From Acetohalobium arabaticum DSM 5501 (GTDB lineage: Bacteria > Bacillota > Halanaerobiia > Halobacteroidales > Acetohalobiaceae), in contig NC_014378.1 in the NCBI RefSeq assembly GCF_000144695.1, positions 2,293,289 to 2,325,288 on the forward strand: a DNA stretch of 32,000 bases. The letters are read 5' to 3'. This document shows positions 16,476-25,100 of the stretch, in pieces. Each line of letters starts with the position of its first letter. Within the stretch, counting starts at the first letter, position 1. Below the pieces are notes generated by a model. The model was not told the DNA's origin and made no database searches. It saw only the letters and a program-made list of their open reading frames with translations. The position numbers and the translations under genes are program-made.

Positions 16476-17135
16476 TTAAAATTGAGTATTAAAGTTAATT
16501 CCAGCTGATAGATCAGATAAATCCTCTACAGCTAAATTAAAATTAAACTCTGAAGTTAATTTAAATTTAGCACCTACATTGAATTCCTGATCAATATACT
16601 CCATCATTAAAGTAGTTACCGGCATCTGGAGATTATTCTCTTCTTTAGTAGAGATAGTTACCGGATTAATCGTTTTGCTTATTCCAGCAAACAGCCCATC
16701 AAAGTCTCCATTACCGAGTCCCACATGGCCTCTTAAATCATAATCCAGGTTACTACTGGCTACTGCATAGAAGTCTTCATCCACCAGCCCCATCGATACA
16801 GCCGGCTGACTATTATTCTCCTCTAACAGCTGTAATTTAGCATTTAAAAATAGATCATCATCAGCTCTAACCTCATCATCATACCAGTAATTGGACAGTC
16901 CTAACTCAAAATTATCATAGGCTCCGTAATTAAATAGAACTAGATTAGCTCTATCAGTATGATGATAGCCCACTGTCGCCTTATTATAAGGTAAAACATC
17001 AGCAGTAGGGGTTTTAATTAGACCGCTAAAGCCTCCTTCAAAAGCAGTACTAGCTACAGCAGTACCACCGACAGTTAACATTAATCCGACCAGTAATGTA
17101 ATTACTAATAAATTTGCATTTTTCTTTAATTTCAT
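16476..17135 (-). CDS. Small outer-membrane beta-barrel protein of unknown function
   Basis: 219 aa with a signal peptide (…GGTAVA/STAF) and alternating amphipathic beta-strand pattern. The C-terminus is …GINFNTQF, a terminal-Phe beta-signal. The N-terminal GLIKTPTADVLP faintly recalls the GLLQMPTAR start of YjbH-like OMPs. Its Shine-Dalgarno sequence GGAGGGG lies inside the last lpxD codons, with a 5-nt gap. Confidence 0.7.
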   Translation of the reverse strand: MKLKKNANLLVITLLVGLMLTVGGTAVASTAFEGGFSGLIKTPTADVLPYNKATVGYHHTDRANLVLFNYGAYDNFELGLSNYWYDDEVRADDDLFLNAKLQLLEENNSQPAVSMGLVDEDFYAVASSNLDYDLRGHVGLGNGDFDGLFAGISKTINPVTISTKEENNLQMPVTTLMMEYIDQEFNVGAKFKLTSEFNFNLAVEDLSDLSAGINFNTQF

Positions 17136-17140
17136 TAAAG

Positions 17141-18172
17141 TTACCCCTCCTTTACTTCTTCCTTCAAACTCTTAACTTCTTTTTTTAATTCTCTTAATTC
17201 CTTTACCATTGCAGGTAATTTCCGCCGTGCCGCCTTAATTCTCATTTCCGACTTATGTTCCCGGGCTGGATAGCCAGAATAGAAGGAATCAGGCGGTACA
17301 TCATTAGTAATAATACTCTGAGCCGCTACAGTAGTATTGGCTCCAACTTCTAAGTGGCCGACTACTCCAGCCTTGCCCGCTAATGTCACCCCCTCTCCAA
17401 TCTCAGCACTACCGGCAATCCCTACCTGGGCAACTAAAAGACAATCTGCTGCTATTCTAACATTATGTGCAATATGCACCAAATTATCAGTCTTAGTACC
17501 TCTGCCGATGACTGTTGATCCAGTAGTCCCCCGGTCGATAGTAACATTTGCTCCTAATTCTACATCATCCTCAATTATTACATTACCTAACTGCGGTACT
17601 TTATAATGTCCTTCGGAAGTAGTCTCAAAACCATAACCGTCACTTCCAATTACAGCTCCAGGATGAATAATTACTCTATTTCCTACTTCAGTCTGATGCA
17701 TAATTACCACATTGGGATGAATAATAGTTTCAGCACCAATCTTAACCTGAGAACCTATATGAGCTCCCGCTGCTATTCTCACATTATCTCCAATTGAAAC
17801 TCCTGATTCAATAGTAACCTGCGGTCCTATCGAAACATTACTGCCGCATTCTACATCATCAGCTATTACTGCTGTAGAATGAATTTCATTCGTTTTATAT
17901 AACTCAGGTTCAAATTCATGAGCAATCTTAGCAAAAGCCAGTCTCGGATTATCAACCTTCAGCAGAGTCTTGTCCGATTCAATCTCATCAGCAACAATAA
18001 CTGCTGCTGCCAAACTGGATTCTGCTTTCGTTAAGTACTCATCGCTCTGGGCAAAGGTAATCTCCCCTTTAGCTACATTTTCTACCCCGCCCACACCAGA
18101 AATTATGAGTTCAACTTCTCCTATTATCTCTCCATCTACTAACTCTGCCAGCTCTTTTAATGGTACCTCCAA
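17141..18172 (-). CDS. lpxD: UDP-3-O-acylglucosamine N-acyltransferase
   Basis: 343 aa with an N-terminal uridine-binding domain ([14 protein letters not shown]…), a long hexapeptide beta-helix and a C-terminal helical tail. Confidence 0.9.
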   Translation of the reverse strand: MEVPLKELAELVDGEIIGEVELIISGVGGVENVAKGEITFAQSDEYLTKAESSLAAAVIVADEIESDKTLLKVDNPRLAFAKIAHEFEPELYKTNEIHSTAVIADDVECGSNVSIGPQVTIESGVSIGDNVRIAAGAHIGSQVKIGAETIIHPNVVIMHQTEVGNRVIIHPGAVIGSDGYGFETTSEGHYKVPQLGNVIIEDDVELGANVTIDRGTTGSTVIGRGTKTDNLVHIAHNVRIAADCLLVAQVGIAGSAEIGEGVTLAGKAGVVGHLEVGANTTVAAQSIITNDVPPDSFYSGYPAREHKSEMRIKAARRKLPAMVKELRELKKEVKSLKEEVKEG

Positions 18173-18203
18173 CTTCTATAAGCCTCCCTTTAGCAAGGTT
18201 AAT

Positions 18204-18620
18204 CTAATTCTTCAAGGTCTCAATAACCTTATCAGTAATATCTACTCCTCCGTATTTCACATTATTCTGATCCAAGACTACATCTATCCTATTATCTTCA
18301 GCTACTTTAGCAATAGCCTTCTGTATATCTTTCTTCACTTTAGATTCAATCTTTGATTTAATCTCCTGACTTTCTTGGTAAGCTTCTTGACGCTTCTGTT
18401 CTAATTTTTCTTCATTCTCTATATTCTCCAGTTCTGATTCATACTCAGTCTGTAAATTCTGTAATTTATTGTCCAACTGCTCCTGATAATTCTGAATGCG
18501 GCTGCTTTTTTTCACTATTTCCTGCATATTAACAACAGCTACTTTATCCTGTTGGGCACAGCCAGTAGCTAAGACTAAAACTGTCAATCCAATCAATAAT
18601 AACTTCAATCTCTTATCCAT
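18204..18620 (-). CDS. Skp/OmpH-family periplasmic chaperone paralogue, probable lipoprotein
   Basis: 138 aa with a lipobox-like LATGC. OmpH core motifs KVAVVNMQEIV (N-terminal) and AEDNRIDVVLDQNNVKYGGVDITDKVIETL (C-terminal) are separated by ~60 aa of charged helix. Confidence 0.75.
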   Translation of the reverse strand: MDKRLKLLLIGLTVLVLATGCAQQDKVAVVNMQEIVKKSSRIQNYQEQLDNKLQNLQTEYESELENIENEEKLEQKRQEAYQESQEIKSKIESKVKKDIQKAIAKVAEDNRIDVVLDQNNVKYGGVDITDKVIETLKN

Positions 18621-18644
18621 CTTAGCCCTCCTAAACTAGTTAGC

Positions 18645-19790
18645 TTATTCTTTCAATTTAACGGCTACATCTTCTGTAATATTGGTTGCAGACAGACTAC
18701 TACTATAATTAGTTAATACCACATCCAGTCCTTTATCTTCAGCTACTTCAGCTATCCTTTCTTTAATATCTTCATTAATTTTCTTTTCTAATCTATTCCT
18801 ATCCTCTTTAACCTTTTCTAAGTTAGCTGCTAACTCTTCATTTCTCTCTGTAATATTCGTATCCAGTTTCTCCTCTGTTTCCACAATTGTATTCTTCAGT
18901 TTAGTAGTCAACTCTTCTCTTTTAGTCTCTATCTCTTGCTGTAAGAGCTGATTCTGTTCTTTAATATAGTTCTGTAATTCCTGATTGGCTTCTTCTTGTT
19001 TATTATTTATTTTCTGCTGCATCTGTTCAGTCAATTTTTGATGATAGGAACGCAGCTTTTCTTCAGCCTCTTTCTGCTGTTCTGAAACATATTCCTGCAG
19101 CTTTTTCTGTAATTCTTCCTTCTTCTTAGCTAACTTTTCTTTACGTTCAGTTTCTAACTTGGCTAACTGCTGCTGGTATTCCTTCCGCTCTTTTGAGGAC
19201 AGATCCAGCATCTGCAGTTTTAATCTCAAATTCAAAATTTTCCTATTATATTCCTTATTCAACTTCTGTTGGTAGTCCTGTAATTCCGTACTCTGTTCTT
19301 CCTTTCGTTTATCTATCTTCTGGTCCAGACCTGCTCTAATTTCTCTTTTTTTCTGTTCAAACTTTTCTTCGGTCTCCTGCTTAAAACTTTCTTTATAAGC
19401 ATTTAATTCCTCTTTTGTTTTTTCAACCCGTTCATCTATCTTAGTTTGATACTCTGATTTAATATCCTGAAGGCGCTTATTTATCTGTTCATTAATACTC
19501 TGTAGATGTTCTTCTCTATTCTGAGAAGTTAAATTCAAAAAACCCTGCTGCTCTTCTAAATTAATCTGACTATCCTTAATCTGTTTATTCAACTCTTTTA
19601 ATACTTCAGCTTCAGGATGAACCGCTTTTAATTCTTCTAAATCGACTATTCCTATTTTATTTGATACAGCTTCAGATTTATTCTGACTGGATTTATCAAT
19701 AGATAAAGTGTTATTACAGCCCATCAACTGGACTACAAATAAGATACCAACTAACAAGCTCCCTACTTTCCACCATAACTTACGCTGCAT
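18645..19790 (-). CDS. Giant Skp/OmpH-like lipoprotein with a ~270-aa K/E/Q-rich coiled-coil insert
   Basis: 381 aa with lipobox LMGC. OmpH core motifs KIGIVDLEELKAV (N-terminal) and IAEVAEDKGLDVVLTNYSSSLSATNITEDVAVKL (C-terminal) flank ~270 aa of uninterrupted charged helical sequence. Confidence 0.7.
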   Translation of the reverse strand: MQRKLWWKVGSLLVGILFVVQLMGCNNTLSIDKSSQNKSEAVSNKIGIVDLEELKAVHPEAEVLKELNKQIKDSQINLEEQQGFLNLTSQNREEHLQSINEQINKRLQDIKSEYQTKIDERVEKTKEELNAYKESFKQETEEKFEQKKREIRAGLDQKIDKRKEEQSTELQDYQQKLNKEYNRKILNLRLKLQMLDLSSKERKEYQQQLAKLETERKEKLAKKKEELQKKLQEYVSEQQKEAEEKLRSYHQKLTEQMQQKINNKQEEANQELQNYIKEQNQLLQQEIETKREELTTKLKNTIVETEEKLDTNITERNEELAANLEKVKEDRNRLEKKINEDIKERIAEVAEDKGLDVVLTNYSSSLSATNITEDVAVKLKE

Positions 19791-19825
19791 CTTTATTCCT
19801 CACTTCCTTATAAGCCTTTAACAGC

Positions 19826-20320
19826 TTAATTACTTTCTGTTTGCTCTTCCATAGCCTTTAAGACCTTATCAGTCAGGTCATTACCTCCATAGACTACTGA
19901 TTCTTTATGGAGTACTACTGCAACCTCTTCTTTAGCTGCTACTTTTTTGATAGTAGCATCAATATCTTCTTTAAGCGGCTGTAACAGTTCAGCCTGGCGC
20001 TGCTTAACCTGTTCATTCAGCCTTTGGTTATAATTCTGCAGCAGTTTCTGGCGTTCATCTCCGCTAGTTTCTTCTAACTTCGATTGTAGTTCAGAACCTA
20101 ATTCTTCTTTTAAATTCTGATAATACTGGTTAAACTCAGCATCAACTTCATCCCGTTTAGGATGGTTTTTCAATAACTTACCAAAATCAACATAAGCAAC
20201 TGCTTTTTTTACTTCAGATTTAGCCTTCACCATTGGGGATAAGACAACTACTGCTCCTATTCCTAGACTCAAAACTAAAGTTAAAGCTAATATCTTGATT
20301 AATTTATTTTCTTTAAACAT
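19826..20320 (-). CDS. skp: Skp/OmpH periplasmic chaperone
   Basis: 164 aa with a signal peptide and no Cys. OmpH core motifs are AVAYVDFGKLL and AAKEEVAVVLHKESVVYGGNDLTDKVLKAM. Immediately downstream of bamA, as in classical bamA-skp-lpxD clusters. Confidence 0.8.
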   Translation of the reverse strand: MFKENKLIKILALTLVLSLGIGAVVVLSPMVKAKSEVKKAVAYVDFGKLLKNHPKRDEVDAEFNQYYQNLKEELGSELQSKLEETSGDERQKLLQNYNQRLNEQVKQRQAELLQPLKEDIDATIKKVAAKEEVAVVLHKESVVYGGNDLTDKVLKAMEEQTESN

Positions 20321-20341
20321 TATTGAACCCCTTTCTCTGTT

Positions 20342-22090
20342 TTAGAATAATTGGCCTATACTGAAATGTAATCTAGAATCTTCTTCCTGCCAGCCGTAAT
20401 CCAGCCGCAGCTGTCCCATCGGCGTCTTGAATCTAACTCCCACTCCAGCTGATTTATTGATATCATCAAAATCAAATCCTTCATCTTTATTCCAAGCTTT
20501 ACCGGCATCAGTAAATAAGACTCCAGTAAAGTTATCAGCAAATGGAATTCTATATTCAGCATTGAATAACATAATCTCTTCCCCGACAAATTGATCATCT
20601 TTAAAACCGCGCAGAGTCTGCGGCCCACCAATTCGATAGCGTTCATGGTCAAGCCCTTCTTCATCCAGTCCTTCACTCAATCCTGCTTTAAAACGAAAGG
20701 CCCAGCTGTTATCCTCAAACATAAAGTCAGGGGTATAATCCCTAAGATCTAACTGATACTTAGTAAAGTCATTATCTCCACCTAAAGCCTGTCCGGCATA
20801 CTCAACAGAAAGCTTATCCTTACGGCCATCTGTGGGATTAAAGACATCATTCCTGGTATCTCGGACAAAACTGGAAGTCAGACTGCGAGTATTACTCTCC
20901 TGTCCTTCTGGCAGAGCTGTTTCACCTTCCAATGCTTCATTGATCGTCTTGTTATATTCATAGGTTAGATAGCCTTGCACATCATAACCTAAAGGATGTC
21001 CAAGTGTAATACTTCCTCCTTTTTCATGCTCTTCATAATCTATTCCTTCATCAGTTTCATCAGTAGGATCATAAAAACCAGTCTTTTCATCCCTGCGGTC
21101 ATAAATACTAAAACTAACAGAAGTATCACTGCCAAAAGCCCATGGTTCATAGAAGCTCAATTCATAGGTGGTATTCTCTTCTCCTACTTCCCAACGAAAG
21201 CCTAATCTCTGGGCCCGGCCTCTGAAGTTCTTCTCCTGAATCTCAAAATGTCCTAACCAGCCGTCAGAACTACTGTATCCGGCACCGACACCGACATTTC
21301 CTGTTTTACGCTCTTCTACCTTTATATTCAATGCTACTTCATTCTTCTCTGCAGAAGTCTGATTCAATTCAGGTTTGATATCCTTAAAGAAGCCTAAGTT
21401 ATAGATATCGCGCAGATCCTGCCTCATCTGGTCTGCATTAAAGACATCTCCTGGTTCCAGAGATAATTTACGTTTAATTACAAAGTCTTTAGTCTTTTCA
21501 TTTCCCTCAATCTTAATTTTTGCTACTTTACCTTCATTAATCTTTACTTTTAGCGTTCCATCCTTCTTCATTAAAACATCTTCTATTTGGGCTAATACAT
21601 AACCCTGCTCATTATAATAAGCTTCAATCTCGCGCAGTCCTTTATTTAATTGATTGGTATCTAATAGCTTATCCTCTTTAAGATCCAATATCTCTTTTAA
21701 TTTCTTGCTAGCAATCGATTTATTTCCTTTAAATTCTAAACTTTTTAAGTCAGGATTCTCTACTACTTCAAAGATTAACTTAACGCCGTTGCGGTAACTT
21801 TCAAAGGAAGCCTGTACATCAAAGAAGTATCCTAAATCAAAGATAGCCTGTAGATCATTCTGTAATTTCTGATTGGAAATCTGTTCTCCTACTTCAGTCT
21901 CAACCACTTCTAGAATCTCTTCTTTAGAAATCTTCTTATTACCCTCAACTTCGATAGCAGTAATCAAGTTATCATTCTTAAGCTCCTGCTGTGCTGCCAA
22001 CACCAGATTACTGCTAGCCAAAAAAACCGCCACAGTAAGTAACAGAACCAAAAACTTTGATTTGTTTTGCAAGTTTGTCTCCTCCTTCAA
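20342..22090 (-). CDS. bamA: BamA/Omp85-family OMP insertase with about three POTRA domains
   Basis: 582 aa with a signal peptide. Three ~75-aa POTRA-like units each start at (I/L)xVEGN / FKGN / IEGN. A ~320-aa barrel ends …RLHFSIGQLF. Confidence 0.88.
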   Translation of the reverse strand: MKEETNLQNKSKFLVLLLTVAVFLASSNLVLAAQQELKNDNLITAIEVEGNKKISKEEILEVVETEVGEQISNQKLQNDLQAIFDLGYFFDVQASFESYRNGVKLIFEVVENPDLKSLEFKGNKSIASKKLKEILDLKEDKLLDTNQLNKGLREIEAYYNEQGYVLAQIEDVLMKKDGTLKVKINEGKVAKIKIEGNEKTKDFVIKRKLSLEPGDVFNADQMRQDLRDIYNLGFFKDIKPELNQTSAEKNEVALNIKVEERKTGNVGVGAGYSSSDGWLGHFEIQEKNFRGRAQRLGFRWEVGEENTTYELSFYEPWAFGSDTSVSFSIYDRRDEKTGFYDPTDETDEGIDYEEHEKGGSITLGHPLGYDVQGYLTYEYNKTINEALEGETALPEGQESNTRSLTSSFVRDTRNDVFNPTDGRKDKLSVEYAGQALGGDNDFTKYQLDLRDYTPDFMFEDNSWAFRFKAGLSEGLDEEGLDHERYRIGGPQTLRGFKDDQFVGEEIMLFNAEYRIPFADNFTGVLFTDAGKAWNKDEGFDFDDINKSAGVGVRFKTPMGQLRLDYGWQEEDSRLHFSIGQLF

Positions 22091-22104
22091 TAAATATCCA
22101 GTCT

Positions 22105-25100
22105 TTAGTTAAAAGAAAAGTTAGTTTCTAACTCCAGTTTATACTCTTCATCATTATTCAGTGAACCATTCAGAATTATATCCTTCATGCTATCCATAAT
22201 CTGATACTCAAATCCAAGGGAATGTTCCTTATCCTCATCGAAATCTTGATTATACTTCAGCATCAAATCATCAGTTATGCTTTTACCCATTTTTATCTTC
22301 AAGCCGCTGTTGAATCCGGTATAGATCCTGAATCTATCCAGATTCCACTTATCTTCTACTGTCTCTTCAATATTAGACAGAATCTTTACATCAATTCTGG
22401 ATTCAAGCATTCTAAAAAATTCAGCCCGAATCATCTTATCATAATCTTTAGTCAGAAAACCCTGCAGTCCTCCCTGTTGAGCCAGCAGGGTAATAATCTC
22501 CTGTCTACTCAACGAAGGATTTGATTCCAGATTAATCTCCATTTGATCAGCTAAACCGCTTAATTTTAATGTAACCAACACTTCTTTTGCATCTACTTGA
22601 TTAACAGCATCTTCTTGTGAACCATTCTGAATCGCTTCTCCGTCTTCCTCTTCTTGCTTCTTATCTTCTATCGACTGTTGAATATTATCTACTTCAGTAG
22701 TAGCCGTTAAATTAAGGTAAGGAATATGTCCTTCGTACCTATCAAAGATAGCAGAACCGGATTCTAATTCAAAATCCGTATTGTAATAATTGAAGCTGCC
22801 GATTTTAGAACTTACACTCCCCTCTAATTGAATACTATCCTCAATAGTTACCAACTGTAAACTACCACTCTCCACTAGAATATCTATATTATCATTCTGA
22901 ACTCTGACATTATCGCCAGGTTCAAGATTAAGATCAAAGTTAGGTTTAATCGCTGAGTCTGAATCCTTTTTACCGGTCGGCCATTCAAAAGGAAGAGAGA
23001 TTTTAGTATCATAAACTAAAATACTGCCGCTGATCAAAGGTTCAGTTATATCTCCTTTAACTGTAATATCAAGATCATTCTCTCCCTGCCAGGAACCATG
23101 ATCGATAACAATCCTTTCTCCTGAAAAATCTAAGTCTATTTGGCCAGGCTGCCAGCCAGTAACTCCCATACTTCCCTGAGCCTTAAACTGCCCCTGACCC
23201 TGCCGGCCAGTTAAATACTTAAGCTTCAGTCTCTGATCTTTAATCTCTGCTCTACCTTCCAGATTCGAAATACTTTCTGCTAACCCAGCTATATCTAATC
23301 TGCCTGAATCTATTTCAACCTCTCCAGCAAAATCAGGCTCTGCTCTGCTGCCTGAAACTGTTAAATCAAAATTTCCTGTCCCTTCGGCTGTTTTAACTCC
23401 TTCAACTAAAAGCGGCAACAGATTCAAATTTCCGTTATCGAGATTAATATTGAGATATAAAGAGGCTTCTCTATTCTTCAACGGCAGATACCCCGTAATC
23501 CGAAATAAATTATCATCATTTACTCTCAGCTTTAATGGTTCAGTCAGCTTTACTAGCTTTCCTTTGGTTAAAGCCAGCCCTCCTTTTAAATTATCATACT
23601 TCAAAGTTCCAACTCGTCCGTCTATAATCTCTACTGTGGATTCTATATCTAACTTCTCCAGTTCACCTTCAAGCTCAGCAGTTAAATTTAAATCGCCTCC
23701 TATAGCTTCTAAAGCTGGAACTAGCTGATTAAATGGAGCTAAAGCAAAGTCTTGAGTTTCCACATTAAGGTCGGCTCCAGAACCAAAATCATAACTACCA
23801 TCTACTAACAGATATCCATTACGGTCAATATCTTTTGCTATTAATCTCCCTTTAACCTCTGGCGCCTCAAATTCACCATTGATTGTCATAGTTCCAAAGA
23901 AACTGTGCGGAATATCATGCTCTACTTCTTTAAGCGGCAGCAGCTCAATTACTTCATTCAATTGACCATTAGTTAATTCCAAAGCTAAATTTGAAAACTT
24001 CTCCTTGTTTAGATTAAGCTTCCCCTCAGCTTGATACTCTGTTGCTCCCTGAACTGCTGTCAGATTTCTTAAGTCTAGTTTATCTCCTGTATACTCTACA
24101 CTTCCTACTACTCTTTGGAAGTTATATCTATTGACTGCTAATTTATTTAACTTAACCTCACCAGCTAAAACAGGCCGCGAAATATCTCCTCTTACCTCAC
24201 CTGTAAAGTCCAAACTGCCTTGAATCGTACTACTATCAATAATATCATAATTATCTAATTCCAATTTAGCTAAATCTATATTTTCAGCCTCTAAATCAAG
24301 AGCCAGTCCTCCGTTTTTCTCAATCCGGCCGCTTCCTATAAGCTGGGACTCCACTCCAAACAATTGTATACTCTCTAATTTTAGAGTATCATTCTCCCAG
24401 CTAAAGCTTGAAGAACCTGAAGTTAATCCAATACCATGAATCTGGCCCTTTAATAAATTAATCCTTCCTGCCATTCTCAACTCATTAATAGGACCTATAA
24501 TCCTTAAGCTCCCGCTAAATCGGCCGTGAATATCATAAATCGGTTGGTCACTAATTAATTTATATAAACTTGCTACTTTTCCTGCTTTAGTCTTGAGCTC
24601 AAGATCCAGTTTAGGCTCTTTAGCTAATTCTATCTCTCCTGCCAATTGATACTTTCTCTTCTGGTCATTAATAAGAACATCATTTAAGCCTATTCTTTTC
24701 TGCCTATAGCTTATAACTCCTATTATCTCATCGACACTTCTTTGGGCATAACTAGCATCTTTTATCTGAACTTCACCTGAAAATTCTGGATCAGTAAGCT
24801 TCCCTTTTACTTGTCCCTGCAGAGATGCAGTTCCAGCTAGATCTCGATAATTATGTACACCATCCAGCTGAGATAGTTTAACATCATCAGCAGTAATACT
24901 TAAATTCAAATTTCTTTGATCATCGATTAAACCTTGAGCCTGCCACTTACTTCCATCCGATTTTAGATTTAAATCACTTATTAATAATTGATTATTACTG
25001 AACCAAAAACTGCTGTCTAAAGTATCAAACTCATACTGCATTAAAGTTCCATCAGTAACTTGAGCACTACCGAAAAGGCTTAAATCAGTAAGTGAATTCT

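Noticed and set aside
17970-18356. Plus-strand ORFs of 60-128 aa throughout the window, for example 17970-18356, 12403-12729, 11959-12279, 3239-3562, 1944-2255, 22222-22524 and 30790-31077.
   Set aside because: Every one lies antisense to a minus-strand gene with strong family motifs. Their translations are low-complexity Ser/Pro/Ile-rich shadow-frame products with no Shine-Dalgarno sequence or recognisable motif. No plus-strand gene is supported anywhere in the window.
20356-20676. Minus-strand 106-aa ORF nested in bamA, and the 60-aa ORF at 1937-2119 nested in kdsC.
   Set aside because: Both are alternative frames of well-supported genes. They lack a ribosome-binding site and any recognisable motif, so they are most simply chance open frames.
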